A stretch of 63,882 nt of DNA, the filler included, from Octopus bimaculoides (Eukaryota): NCBI RefSeq assembly GCF_001194135.2. It is 5 parts of 4 records of this genome, joined end to end, with 100 filler letters (N's around TTAATTAATTAA, not from the genome) between each part and the next. Parts side by side here need not be neighbours in the genome. Positions count along the whole stretch, not along the records: positions 21,054 to 32,862 come from NC_069007.1; positions 32,963 to 45,245 come from NC_068997.1; 3 more parts are not named here. One strand, 5' to 3'. Shown piece by piece: positions 26,465 through 39,943 of this stretch (position 1 is the stretch's first letter; every line of letters starts with the position of its first letter). Under the pieces are notes generated by a model. It was not told the origin of the DNA. It saw only the letters and a list, made by a program, of their open reading frames with translations, and did not search any database. Position numbers and translations under genes: made by a program.

Positions 26465-28589
26465 CGAAGGCAAGCGTAGTGATAGATTCATCGCCCCTGC
26501 TTACTGACTTGATTTCGTTATGTCATTGACGTGGAAGCCATCCTGATACTTTTCTGAAATTCACTGACTGCTTAAGAGACAATCACCTGCGTTGACCTCA
26601 TGGCATTTTAGATCTCACAATGGATATTCTAGAAACAGTTACCGAAGACAGCCTTATAAGGGAACAATTCCAAAATTGCAATTATCATAATTGAATATCA
26701 GCTTTAATTAAGGAATTAATTAATTTCTTTGCATGAGATTCTCTGAAATCTATGCTTTAACTCGACGAATCGTCTCGATAATGATTCAGAAAATGAAATT
26801 CTGATGAAGGGGATTTAATTAGACTCCTACTGGGCCACAAGAGTTGCCACGCAATGTTCTTTGCAATAGAGGGTCTTCAGCTCTGCTGAAAATTTACAAT
26901 AAAAATATCTGAAGTCTTCTTGTATTAAGATTAAGAAATTCACATAGGAATAAGATATTTCATGAAGTGTACGGTAATATTCTCACGCACACACGCACGC
27001 AGAACCATACACGCCCCAACTGTACACGTACACACATACTCACGCACAAACACACATATATAAAATGTGTATATATACATCCATCCATATATATATATAC
27101 ATCCATCCATATATATATATATATATATATATNNNNNNNNNNNNNNNNNNNNNNNNNNNNNNNNNNNNNNNNNNNNNNNNNNNNNNNNNNNNNNNNNNNN
27201 NNNNNNNNNNNNNNNNNNNNNNNNNNNNNNNNNNNNNNNNNNNNNNNNNNNNNNNNNNNNNNNNNNNNNNNNNNNNNNNNNNNNNNNNNNNNNNNNNNNN
27301 NNNNNNNNNNNNNNNNNNNNNNNNNNNNNNNNNNNNNNNNNNNNNNNNNNNNNNNNNNNNNNNNNNNNNNNNNNNNNNNNNNNNNNNNNNNNNNNNNNNN
27401 NNNNNNNNNNNNNNNNNNNNNNNNNNNNNNNNNNNNNNNNNNNNNNNNNNNNNNNNNNNNNNNNNNNNNNNNNNNNNNNNNNNNNNNNNNNNNNNNNNNN
27501 NNNNNNNNNNNNNNNNNNNNNNNNNNNNNNNNNNNNNNNNNNNNNNNNNNNNNNNNNNNNNNNNNNNNNNNNNNNNNNNNNNNNNNNNNNNNNNNNNNNN
27601 NNNNNNNNNNNNNNNNNNNNNNNNNNNNNNNNNNNNNNNNNNNNNNNNNNNNNNNNNNNNNNNNNNNNNNNNNNNNNNNNNNNNNNNNNNNNNNNNNNNN
27701 NNNNNNNNNNNNNNNNNNNNNNNNNNNNNNNNNNNNNNNNNNNNNNNNNNNNNNNNNNNNNNNNNNNNNNNNNNNNNNNNNNNNNNNNNNNNNNNNNNNN
27801 NNNNNNNNNNNNNNNNNNNNNNNNNNNNNNNNNNNNNNNNNNNNNNNNNNNNNATATATATAGGAAGAGAAGGTTTTATATTAATTCGAACGTGTGAAGC
27901 AACGCTGACTAAAAGTCTGAAAATCTGCAAGGATGTTTAAGGATAAATTAATCATTTCTATTATAGACACAAGGCTTGAAATTTGCGGGGAGGGGGTAAA
28001 TTGATCCCATCGGCCCCAGTATTTTTCTGATACTTAATTTATCGACCCCGAAACGATAAAAGGCAAAGGCTACTTCTTCGGAATTTGAAATCAGGATGTA
28101 GTGACGGGCGAAATATAGCTAAGCATTTTGTCCAACGTGCTAACGATTCTGGCAAGCCCGCCGCCTTTTTAAGGACAAACTAATGAAAATGCTTTGGACG
28201 GCCGAAAGGTTAATGAACAGAAGAAATTCATCGTGGTGGATCAATCTGCTAAATATAAACAGCATATGTCCCTTAGCTCCCACTTTACCTAGTAAGCGAA
28301 TATGCGCGTGTTATGATGTAAATGCGGTGAAAATAGACGCTAGAAGCACGTAAGAGAAATCATTTCAAAATACGTGTATAGGTTTGGGTATCAACTGGAC
28401 AAACACCAAAATAATTTTTACGCCAATCCGCAGAAAATACCAGTATGTGAAGAAGATGGACTCAGGAATGTAACTTGGGGTCTGACTACCCACAATCTTA
28501 TCGTTACTTATTTGTCTTATTCACAAGATACAATGAATTAAATGAAACATATCAACGAATAAATGATCGACTTTTATTCTTGTAATTGT

Positions 28590-28799
28590 TTCAGTTATTT
28601 GAGTCCAGCCATGCTGGAGCACCGCATTGAGTCGAATAAATTAAACCCAGGAATTATTCTTTGTAAGACTAGTACTAATTCTATCGGCCTCTTTTGCCGA
28701 ATTGCTTGCTTACAGGGAAATAAACAAACCAACATCGGTTGTCAAGTGATGATGGGGGCCGAACACAGACACACAAATCTCTCTCTCTCTCTATATATA

Positions 28800-28844
<45 letters not shown>

Positions 28845-29240
28845 NNNNNNNNNNNNNNNNNNNNNNNNNNNNNNNNNNNNNNNNNNNNNNNNNNNNNNNN
28901 NNNNNNNNNNNNNNNNNNNNNNNNNNNNNNNNNNNNNNNNNNNNNNNNNNNNNNNNNNNNNNNNNNNNNNNNNNNNNNNNNNNNNNNNNNNNNNNNNNNN
29001 NNNNNNNNNNNNNNNNNNNNNNNNNNNNNNNNNNNNNNNNNNNNNNNNNNNNNNNNNNNNNNNNNATATATATATATATATACGATGAGCTTCTTTCATT
29101 TTCCGTATACTAAATCTACTCACAAGGATTTAGTCGTCCCGGGGCTATAATAGATGACACTTGACCAAAATGCCACGCAATGGCACTGAACCCGGAACCA
29201 TGTGGTTGGGAAGCAAACTTCTTACCACATAGCCACGCCT
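28590..29240 (-). mobile_element. Family A SINE spanning an (AT)n/N gap
   Basis: Tail at 28590-28780 and head at 29085-29240, both matching 47226-47705 in reverse. Confidence 0.8.
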
Positions 29241-30241
29241 CGGGTATATATTTTAACACACTGCACTAAAATACCTCGAATATGAGAAATAATAAGATAA
29301 TTATTAATTTGCGTGATTTTAATTAAGACATTCATAAATTAAATAATTAAGATAATCCTTTTTCTTAATTAATAATTCGATATTGGCAAGAAAAATATTG
29401 AAAAACATACACTTTCGCATTGAAGATTCTAAAGAGTAGAATGTATCCTTAGTTAATTAGATTGCAAAGAAACACCCTGGGTGGCTCGGTTAGTTGAACA
29501 TTACGACACGCAAAAGCATAGAACACGACAGTTATTATTATTTAGCAGGTTTTATACTTGCGTATATAAATATATATACGCATACAGAGAGATTGAGAGA
29601 TAGTGATAGATGTGCGTATATATATATGCATGTATTTTTATATGTATATATATATAAGCAATTTGTATATCTTATTTAACGCTGATATACAGTAGTAAGC
29701 ATTACAACTACGATTCTTGTATATATTTCGTGCAGATGCACCGAACGAAAAGTCAAAAATAATCTCAATAGCAGACATAAGGCGTCAAGCAATGGTGGGG
29801 GAATTGTTGGGCGTACCATTTCGGCATCTTTGTGCATCATCAGTAGCAAGCTTCTACAAACACCCACATGAACATGTGTGCGTGTGTCTGTGTATCACTT
29901 CTTTAGTAGATATTATAAACATGGCAGAATGAACTATTGCTCCATCGATTGAAATAAAGGTTTTCATACAAGATGTCTACATGAGTTTTAACAATCCCAG
30001 AGAAATGAGCAGTGAATCTGATTTTATATTCAACAAATCCAGTAACTTTAGGGACCTGGAGCTATTAATTTGCACTCTGTAACTTTGTTACACATTGAAA
30101 CGAGCCGTCAGTTAACTGGAGGTCTTGGTCCACACATTCTCAAACTATCATATATGAGTGCCACTTAGTAGATATATAAACAAGGCAATTTTAATAACGT
30201 CATATAGATGCATATGTATTTGTACATATATACATACACAC

Positions 30242-30293
<52 letters not shown>

Positions 30294-30573
30294 TCTTTTT
30301 ACTTGTTTCAGTCATTTTGACTGCAGCCATGCTGAAGCACCACCTTTAGTCGAGCAAATGGACCCCAAGACTTATTCTTTGTAAGCCTAATACTTATTTT
30401 ATCGTTCTCATTTTGCCGAACCGTTTCCGCTTTTGATTTCAGTTTCATATTGCACTCCATCTCTCACTTCTTCTACAACAAGGTAGACTAAATTTTACAT
30501 ACGAGTAGGCATGAATTAGAATCATTATTTTTGTTTTCTTAGGTATTTAGAATTTGGAATAATAGAATCTCAA

Positions 30574-30765
30574 ATGTCAAGAAAACTGATTTCGTTTAGA
30601 AAATAGAAAAATATATTAAATCAAGTAGAAAATGGAAAGTTTTTATCAGAAATCGCGGAACAGTTTAATATACTTAAAGGAATTGTAAGAAATAATAGAT
30701 TAAAAGAAAGAAAGGAACAGAATCAGATACAGGATCATCGCTGGAAATTCAACTTTAAAATATAG
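30574..30765 (+). mobile_element. Possible pogo/Tigger (CENP-B-like HTH) transposase relic
   Basis: MSRKLISFRK*KNILNQVENGKFLSEIAEQFNILKGIV resembles the psq-type HTH. One in-frame stop, no TIR found. Confidence 0.4.
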
Positions 30766-31129
30766 GTACGGAGTAACATCGTGGAGACGATGGAAAAACT
30801 ACAGGACAATAATGTAGGCAAATTACGGTAGAACAAAGCGGTGAGCTGGATGAATAGTTAGCACGTCAGGTGTAGAGATTAGGCATATGTTATCTATCAC
30901 TATCGTCTAAGTTCAAATTCTGCCGAGTTCGACTTTGCATTTCATTCTTTCGTTGTTGATAAAATAAGAACCGGTCGAGTATTGGCGGCGATATAATTGA
31001 GTAGCTCCATCCTTAGAAATTGCTAGCCTTGTGCCAAAAGTTGGGATCAATATTCCACAAGAGCCAATACCTATAGACAACAAAAGGAAAACACGGTCCT
31101 TCACGTGTCATGCAGTTGACCATAAGGAC

Positions 31130-31318
31130 GGTTTACAGATAGCCTAGTAAATTTATTCACCCGTAGACGGGACGCATGTCGGACATGTGGTAACACATTT
31201 TCCCCAGCAACGTGAAATGAAGTGTTTTGCACAATACATTCACGGGTCGAGGAATCGAAACCGAAGTCTTAGAACTATAACTGAAGCACCCTATCCAATA
31301 AGCCACGTTCCTTCACAC
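31130..31318 (-). mobile_element. Degenerate tRNA-headed SINE (family D); older copy at about 42590-42738
   Basis: The reverse strand reads GAAGG-ACGTGGCTTA-TGG...GGTTTCGATTCC. Shared GTGAAATGAAG-TTTG body. Confidence 0.6.
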
Positions 31319-31369
31319 CTACCTCTTCATCTACATATAAATATATATATAAATACATGCACACATAAA

Positions 31370-31414
<45 letters not shown>

Positions 31415-32862
31415 GCACACATACAAAGCTATATGTATAGGTATATATGTATGTATATATANNNNNNNNNNNNNNNNNNNNNNNNNNNNNNNNNNNNNNN
31501 NNNNNNNNNNNNNNNNNNNNNNNNNNNNNNNNNNNNNNNNNNNNNNNNNNNNNNNNNNNNNNNNNNNNNNNNNNNNNNNNNNNNNNNNNNNNNNNNNNNN
31601 NNNNNNNNNNNNNNNNNNNNNNNNNNNNNNNNNNNNNNNNNNNNNNNNNNNNNNNNNNNNNNNNNNNNNNNNNNNNNNNNNNNNNNNNNNNNNNNNNNNN
31701 NNNNNNNNNNNNNNNNNNNNNNNNNNNNNNNNNNNNNNNNNNNNNNNNNNNNNNNNNNNNNNNNNNNNNNNNNNNNNNNNNNNNNNNNNNNNNNNNNNNN
31801 NNNNNNNNNNNNNNNNNNNNNNNNNNNNNNNNNNNNNNNNNNNNNNNNNNNNNNNNNNNNNNNNNNNNNNNNNNNNNNNNNNNNNNNNNNNNNNNNNNNN
31901 NNNNNNNNNNNNNNNNNNNNNNNNNNNNNNNNNNNNNNNNNNNNNNNNNNNNNNNNNNNNNNNNNNNNNNNNNNNNNNNNNNNNNNNNNNNNNNNNNNNN
32001 NNNNNNNNNNNNNNNNNNNNNNNNNNNNNNNNNNNNNNNNNNNNNNNNNNNNNNNNNNNNNNNNNNNNNNNNNNNNNNNNNNNNNNNNNNNNNNNNNNNN
32101 NNNNNNNNNNNNNNNNNNNNNNNNNNNNNNNNNNNNNNNNNNNNNNNNNNNNNNNNNNNNNNNNNNNNNNNNNNNNNNNNNNNNNNNNNNNNNNNNNNNN
32201 NNNNNNNNNNNNNNNNNNNNNNNNNNNNNNNNNNNNNNNNNNNNNNNNNNNNNNNNNNNNNNNNNNNNNNNNNNNNNNNNNNNNNNNNNNNNNNNNNNNN
32301 NNNNNNNNNNNNNNNNNNNNNNNNNNNNNNNNNNNNNNNNNNNNNNNNNNNNNNNNNNNNNNNNNNNNNNNNNNNGCTCTTCCGATCTTATATGTATATA
32401 TATATTATAGATATGTGTGTGTGAATGTGTATATACATTGGTAAGTTTCTATGTATGTATGTACGTATGAAATAGAACACGTTTATAATAAGCACATGAA
32501 TTTGCTGGAACCCAAATCTGAGAATCGTGTTCAGCATTCGAATAGAAAAAAACGTAGTAACGGAATTCTAGGACATTGAGTTTAGAAATGGAAAAAAATA
32601 AATGTATTTATGTAAAACATGCCTTTGATCTCTGAAATTCTCTCATAACCACTTGTCACGAAAAGGAGACAACTTCTGTTGATAGATCTGATCTGATAGG
32701 ACATCCGTTGCTGATGCACACAGCTAGTATCTGTCTACCTCTCTATCTATCTATGGTCATCTATATCTCTATGCATATTTCTATTTCCAATACCTGTGTA
32801 TTCACACACACACACACAGACATATATATATATATATATATATACAAATTTATATATATATA

Positions 32863-32962
32863 NNNNNNNNNNNNNNNNNNNNNNNNNNNNNNNNNNNNNN
32901 NNNNNNTTAATTAATTAANNNNNNNNNNNNNNNNNNNNNNNNNNNNNNNNNNNNNNNNNNNN
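32863..32962. other. Artificial scaffold-joining spacer
   Basis: Same structure, TTAATTAATTAA at 32907-32918. Confidence 0.95.
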
Positions 32963-33172
32963 CATTTCGAGCGTGGCCATTCTCGTGCGGGTGACACGTA
33001 AAAGCACCCACTACACTCTCTGAGTGGTTGGTGTTAAGAAGGGCATCCAGCTGTAGAAACTCTGCCAAATTAGATTGGAGCCTGGTGTTGCCATCCGGTT
33101 TCACCAGTCCTCAGTCAAATCGTCTAACCCATGCTAGCATGGGAGGCGGACGTTAAACGATGATGATGATGA

Positions 33173-33175
<3 letters not shown>
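32963..33175 (+). mobile_element. Family C SINE 3' half with (GAT)n tail
   Basis: AAGGGCATCCAGCTGTAGAAACTCTGCC...CCCATGCTAGCATGG-AGGCGGACGTTAAAC(GAT)n. Reverse copies at 33520-33720, 38693-38860 and 39420-39750. Confidence 0.85.
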
Positions 33176-33217
<42 letters not shown>

Positions 33218-33699
33218 TGTATACAAGCATATTTAACAAGTCTGTGTATACTCAATGCTGCTTTGTGTGCCTCTAAGACATATACGTGTGTGTGTGTGCG
33301 TAAATAAATTCATATATAAGCAAATTTATGCTGTTCCGCTGGCTGATTTTGAATGTGGGCTGAAATGTTAGAGCAATACTCCATTATATGTCTCACTTAA
33401 AGGTTTGTATTTGTTATGGAGGAAGAAGGGCCAGTTTTTGTGATGTTTTATATTATCACAAGAGATTATCAATGCTTTACAAACATTGTATTTGCAACAA
33501 TCTTGACAGATGTAGTTGCATCATCATCATCATCATCATCATTTAACGTCCGCTTTCCATGCTAGCATGGGTTGGACGATTTGACTGAGGAATGGTGAAA
33601 CCAGATGGCAACACCAGGCTCCAATCTGATTTGGCAGAGTTTCTACAGCTGGATGCCCTTCCTAACGCCAACCACTCAGAGAGTGTAGTGGGTGCTTTT

Positions 33700-34870
33700 A
33701 CGTGTCACCCGCACGAAGGCCAGTCAGGCGGTACTGGCAACGGCCACGCTCAAAATGGTGCATTTTATGTGTTACCCGCACAAGAGCCAGTCCAGGGGCA
33801 CTGGCAATGATCTCGCTCGAAAATCCTACGACANNNNNNNNNNNNNNNNNNNNNNNNNNNNNNNNNNNNNNNNNNNNNNNNNNNNNNNNNNNNNNNNNNN
33901 NNNNNNNNNNNNNNNNNNNNNNNNNNNNNNNNNNNNNNNNNNNNNNNNNNNNNNNNNNNNNNNNNNNNNNNNNNNNNNNNNNNNNNNNNNNNNNNNNNNN
34001 NNNNNNNNNNNNNNNNNNNNNNNNNNNNNNNNNNNNNNNNNNNNNNNNNNNNNNNNNNNNNNNNNNNNNNNNNNNNNNNNNNNNNNNNNNNNNNNNNNNN
34101 NNNNNNNNNNNNNNNNNNNNNNNNNNNNNNNNNNNNNNNNNNNNNNNNNNNNNNNNNNNNNNNNNNNNNNNNNNNNNNNNNNNNNNNNNNNNNNNNNNNN
34201 NNNNNNNNNNNNNNNNNNNNNNNNNNNNNNNNNNNNNNNNNNNNNNNNNNNNNNNNNNNNNNNNNNNNNNNNNNNNNNNNNNNNNNNNNNNNNNNNNNNN
34301 NNNNNNNNNNNNNNNNNNNNNNNNNNNNNNNNNNNNNNNNNNNNNNNNNNNNNNNNNNNNNNNNNNNNNNNNNNNNNNNNNNNNNNNNNNNNNNNNNNNN
34401 NNNNNNNNNNNNNNNNNNNNNNNNNNNNNNNNNNNNNNNNNNNNNNNNNNNNNNNNNNNNNNNNNNNNNNNNNNNNNNNNNNNNNNNNNNNNNNNNNNNN
34501 NNNNNNNNNNNNNNNNNNNNNNNNNNNNNNNNNNNNNNNNNNNNNNNNNNNNNNNNNNNNNNNNNNNNNNNNNNNNNNNNNNNNNNNNNNNNNNNNNNNN
34601 NNNNNNNNNNNNNNNNNNNNNNNNNNNNNNNNNNNNNNNNNNNNNNNNNNNNNNNNNNNNNNNGGCCACGCCCAGAATGGTGCATTTCATGTGTCACCCG
34701 CACATGAGCCAGTCCAGGGGCACTGACAACGATCTCGCTCGAAAATCCTACAACGGCCCCGCACAAGAGCCAGCTCAGGGGCACTGGCAACGATCTTGCA
34801 CGAAAAAATTTTCATGTGTCACCCGCACAAGAGCCAGTCCAGGGGCACTGGCAATGATCTCGCTCGAAAA
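33700..34870 (-). repeat. Tandemly amplified internal module of a family C SINE (spans an N gap)
   Basis: Repeated GCACA-GAGCCAGTCCAGGGGCACTGGCAA-GATCT units at 33778, about 34700, 34760 and 34825. Confidence 0.75.
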
Positions 34871-34994
34871 TCCTACGACAAGTTGCATGTTGGCCATATA
34901 TATATATATATCCAATGAGCGTTTCACTTTTATATAGATTACCTCACACAAGTAAGCATACACATATATATAAAAGAAAGAAACAATAATAAAC

Positions 34995-35144
34995 CTCAGA
35001 GAACTTAGGATGTTCTTTAATGAAATTGGTAGCTTCTTCAGGTGTTAAATTGATGACATGAATACCAGCAGGTAAGAGATCCATCTGTAGAAGAAGCAAA
35101 CGAGCTTGTCGGACACAATATTCAGCATGGCGGAGGATATTATC
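34995..35144 (-). CDS. SPG11: Spatacsin internal coding exon (last visible; terminal exon(s) not found)
   Basis: poly-T ctAG acceptor and GTTTAT donor, 150 nt, phase 0-0: DNILRHAEYCVRQARLLLLQMDLLPAGIHVINLTPEEATNFIKEHPKFSE. Follows the SYxK exon as in spatacsin. Confidence 0.9.
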
Positions 35145-35404
35145 CTAGAAAAAAAAAAAAGACCAGAAGAAACACTGAAGTTTGAGAAATTTGTTCAAAA
35201 TTGAATTATTTCATTTTCTGTTTAGCTCTTAAAATGTAAAAAGCATTTTTAGGTGACTTTGAAGACAAACTCATTTGTTAAGAACATATGTTAAGTAACA
35301 TCATATTTAAAACATGCTACCGGTTGATCTACGAATTTTAAAATTGTAATGTCTCCTAGTTATTTACACTTAATTAAAAATTAAAAATCAAAAAGTAAAA
35401 TCAC

Positions 35405-35481
35405 CTTCATATAGCTTTTTGCAGCATCAGAAAAATATTGGTGAATCTTTTGTAACAACAATACAACTTCTGAAGAGTTCA
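35405..35481 (-). CDS. SPG11: Spatacsin internal coding exon
   Basis: attttgcAG acceptor and GTGATT donor, 77 nt, phase 1-0, exactly bridging the flanking exons: (V)NSSEVVLLLQKIHQYFSDAAKSYMK. Compare recalled DAAESYAK. Confidence 0.9.
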
Positions 35482-36129
35482 CTGCAAAATAATTAGAAAT
35501 ATTTTATACAAATAATATTAGCAATTTCTTTTTTTAAGATTACAGAATTGTTATTGGGCAGTTAAAGTGTGGAGTTTAACTTTTGCAACTCTTCTTAATC
35601 TTCTGTCACAATTCAATTCACATCAAGGATGTTTTACAGGAATATTAAATCAATCATAGTACTTGACTGGTACTTTGTTTTATCAATCCCACGAGGACAA
35701 AAGGTGAAGTTCACCTCAATGGAATTTGAATTCAAACTGTAAAAGGTCATAACTAAATCCAGGCATTCTGCCTAACTAATAATTAAAATAATATAATAGC
35801 AATGAAATTATTGTGTACAGTGCTCAGGTGCACTACAACTCATCAAAGGTGCATGTCCAGTACATAGAATTATGTACAAAAGTCAGGAAAGTGAACAGTA
35901 TATGAATCACGATATACATGTGTGCATGCATATAAAAGTGGGGGGAATATCAAATGTCGTGTTGGCAAATTTCAGGAAGGATGGAGGTTTTAAAGGATGC
36001 AATGTCTCAGCAACTAACAACTGATGCTTCAGCGACTATGAGTGTGAAAAAAATGTTTCTGAAAGTCATGGGGGCTGTGCTGTTTTCTGACTTAGTAGGT
36101 TTGCCCACGTGTATTAGATACATGGAGCT

Positions 36130-37330
36130 CAAAAAGGTATTCAAGGTGATTGCTGGTGTGATGGTTATTAATTTTGCAGGTGTTTACCAAGTCAGTTGCC
36201 AGACGTCGGAGCTTCAATGTATCTATGCCCAGAGAAGCAAGGTGTTCAGAGTATTACAGATACCTGAGGGTATTCACTTGGTTGTACGTCTCTGAACAGT
36301 TTCCAGGAGGATAATGTCCTGAGCAAGATAGGGGTTCCAGACTGGTGATGCAAATTCCAAGTGTGGCAGCACCATAGCCAGCTTTAACTAGATAGATAGA
36401 GAGTGGCTGACAAAGTGATGCCAAGACACCCTCAGCCTTCTTGACAATTTTAGAGATGTGCTTTGTCCAGATCAAATCACTACTGACAGTAATGTCTAGG
36501 TCACATTGACAAGAAGACTTCTTGATATTAGTGTTGTGGAGAGAGTATGTGGACGCTGGGACTTTCCTCCCAAAATGCACAGTGGTACACTTGTCCACAG
36601 CCTGTTTGAGTTACCAGTCCATGATCCCCTTTTGCATTGTGTCCAGGTTCGATTGCAGGAAAGATCTATAGTGTCCTTTTTATCTCAAGGTACAGCTTGA
36701 TGTCATCTGCATATTTTAGCACTGTGGCATTCTTTAAGTTGGCATCTATGTCAATGTATGCAGCAAAAAGGGGACCAGGAACAGATCTCTGCTGTACACC
36801 AGACATCTCATAGGGTGAAGAATGCTGTTCTAGAACCGTGACTACCTCTTTATTGGCTGAGAATGAAGGACTCAAATCAGTTAAAAAGATCATCATTCAC
36901 ACCCATTTCAGCAAGTTTTGCCATAAGTTTTTTGTGTGGCACAGAATTAAAAGCTTTAGCAAAGTCAAGGTAAACAACATCTACCCACGAGATGCTATCA
37001 GTAACCCGCTTGATGTCTTCAAGAAACTTGATAAGTTGGTCACAACAGCTGGAGTTATGGATAAATCCAAATTGCGAGGGCTGGAAAAGGCTGTGAGAAT
37101 TCCAGAAGTTCCAGAGTGTTTCTCAGACACAAAATTCCATCAATTTGGCAATGCAGCTAGTAAGATTGGCTGGATGATAGTTGACAGGTGATGTGCAGTC
37201 ACCCTTTTTGAACAGAAGAATGACACTGGCAGTTTTCCACTGCTCCAGAGTAGCACCATTGTTAAGACAGAACTGAAAGAAAAGTGAAAGCTAGTGCAGA
37301 AGAAAGTACCTACCAGGTTTGAGAAGCAGA
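36130..37330 (-). mobile_element. CR1/L2-group LINE RT fragment (intronic, decayed)
   Basis: SGVQQRSVPGPLF, KYADDIKLY, KCTTVHFG and CDLDITVSSDLIWTKHISKIVKKA motifs across shifted frames. Confidence 0.85.
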
Positions 37331-37647
37331 TATGTAACACCATCAAGACCAGGAGAGGCATTATTACTCCTGTACTCAGAATTATTCAACCCTTTGACTT
37401 CACATATCTTACTTGATAAACAGGTACAACAGTAAAAATTCTCATTTAAAAGTAATTTTCATGTGTCTGATATTATACAACTAAATGTATAAAAAAGATG
37501 AGAAAGTAAGAAAAAAAATGACAAGAAGGATGTATTTCAAAAAGAATTTTGATCAACGAAATATCTTTCCTTGTAAGCATTATGTCTGCATGGATGAATA
37601 AACATTAAAGTAACACTAATGACAGCTATGATGATTAGGGTAAAAAC

Positions 37648-37920
37648 CAGAGATATGGAGTCGAAGCAAAAAGCTTCAACTCCTCTAGTATTGGCACCTC
37701 CAAATCCGATTCCTCTTTATGTAATTAAGTGACTGTGGTCTACATATCTCATAAAGCATATGCATATCCGCTTGTACTTTGAGTCGGCCCCTAGGTTATA
37801 ACTGGTTTCTATTAAAGAAGAAAGATATTGTGAGTCAGAGTCAGAGTTGATAAAACTATACTGACTCTGACTCCAACTCCAGCTACCCCTTAATTGTTTC
37901 TGACTGACTGCACAACCCTG
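37648..37920. mobile_element. Old hAT-like MITE in an SPG11 intron
   Basis: 8-bp TSD GTAAAAAC at 37640-37647 and 37921-37928. Degenerate CAGGG-type termini and internal inverted GAGTCA/TGACTC repeats. Confidence 0.65.
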
Positions 37921-38123
37921 GTAAAAACTGAGGGGTTTGTGACAAAGGCAGCAGTGATAGGTGTTGAACTGCTTGCGTAAATTAGGTGTGTCTGCTCATG
38001 TACAATAGTAACTATACAAATATATTGGTGCTACTATGTATACAGACGAAGATGCTTTCTAGCAAGATTCATATATTTTCATATTTTCAATCTTTTGAAA
38101 TAGAATTGCTGAATATTATTTAC

Positions 38124-38292
38124 CTAGTGGTTTCCTTTTTAATATATCCAAATTCTTTTGGGCCAACTCCTCAAGCATTTGACCAATCTCTCTAAACATT
38201 GTAAAATTTAGGGCCACCATGGTGTAACTGTCACTGTCATTGGGATGAAAACGTTTGAGGTAATCTAAAATTGCAGACCTCAGCTGATCTTC
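38124..38292 (-). CDS. SPG11: Spatacsin internal coding exon
   Basis: ttttatttaccAG acceptor and GTAAAT donor, 169 nt, phase 0-1: EDQLRSAILDYLKRFHPNDSDSYTMVALNFTMFREIGQMLEELAQKNLDILKRKPL. Compare recalled LKTALLDYIKRCRPGDSEKHNMIALCFSMCREIG. Confidence 0.93.
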
Positions 38293-39943
38293 CTGGTAAA
38301 TAAAAGAAGAAAAACAATAATTATTTCACATATGAAAATAAACAATTTCACTTTAAATTATATAGCAGCAATTAATGAATGATGCTGTGAACTGATTCTA
38401 ATAAATATCACTTACAGACGTATACACCATTTATTTGAATAATATCAAATACTTAAATGTTTAGAAGAGATTTTATTTACACTTGAAGTCATGAATTGAA
38501 ATTTTATTTACACCTGAACCCATGTGTCTGCCCACATATTAGGGCAAACTACAAACTATGGAAAGTAGAAAATAAAAGTCTTCTTACAGAACATGACAAA
38601 TTATAATTATTACTTAAATATTTAGAATAGTTGAGCTTTCTAAAGTTTTAAACTAGATTTGATATTAGCAGGTTATAGCTTGCTGTAGGAGATCATCATC
38701 ATCGTTTAACGTCCGCTTTCCATGCTAGCATGGGTTGGACGATTTGACTGAGGACTGGTGAAACCGGATGGCAACACCAGGCTCCAGTCTGATTTGGCAG
38801 AGTTTCTACAGCTGGATGCCCTTCCTAACGCCAACCACTCAGAGAGTGTAGTGGGTGTGATCAGAAATTTTTTTTTCTTGTTGATATACAACATCAAACA
38901 TACAGAAACAGAATACTTTCAAAATAAAAAAAAAAAAAATTTCAAATTCAGATTACTAGTTTCTTAATAAACTCTTCAGAGAAAAATTAAAGCATATAAT
39001 TATTGAATTCATACATTTTAAGTACATATTTAAAGTTTTGATTTAAATTATGAGGTTGAAAAAATATTGATATAGAAGCAGAATGACAGTGATATTAAAG
39101 GTGTTAGATAAATGACAACATAGTAATTAAATCAAGTTTTATGAGTGCGTTGTTTCCCTAAATAATCCTGCTTTCCTCAACTGATAATGTCTCATGCTAG
39201 GGAAGAAAACAATGTGAAACAGAATTTAAACACATTGACTTGTTAGTCATTTTACACAGTTCTTTTTTTATCATCTAGGTTTTATATAGCATTAATATTC
39301 ATTAATTAATATCTATCAAATCAACAACATTAAATATGATAAAGACAACCATAATTTTTTTATACAAGCATTTTTTAAACATATAAACCTAATTTTTGTC
39401 TTTGATTTTCAACAAGGTTCATCATCATCATCATCGTTAAACGTCTGCTTTCCATGCTAGCATGGGTTGGACAATTTGACTGAGGATTGGTGGACCAGGT
39501 GGCTACACCAGGCTCCAATCTGATTTGACAGAGTTTCTACAGCTGGATGCCCTTCCTAACGCCAACCACTCAGAGAGTGTAGTGGGTGCTTTTACATGCC
39601 ACCCGCACGAAGGCCAGTCAGGCAGTACTTGCAACGGCCACGCTCAAAAATGGTGTATTTTACGTGCCACCTGCACAGGAGCCAGTCCAGCGGCACTGGC
39701 AACGATCTCACTTGAATGTCTTTACACATGCCATCCGGCACAAGTGCCAGGNNNNNNNNNNNNNNNNNNNNNNNNNNNNNNNNNNNNNNNNNNNNNNNNN
39801 NNNNNNNNNNNNNNNNNNNNNNNNNNNNNNNNNNNNNNNNNNNNNNNNNNNNNNNNNNNNNNNNNNNNNNNNNNNNNNNNNNNNNNNNNNNNNNNNNNNN
39901 NNNNNNNNNNNNNNNNNNNNNNNNNNNNNNNNNNNNNNNNNNN

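Noticed and set aside
26797-26830. CTGATGAAGGGG as a hammerhead
   Set aside because: No closing stem II or GAAA.
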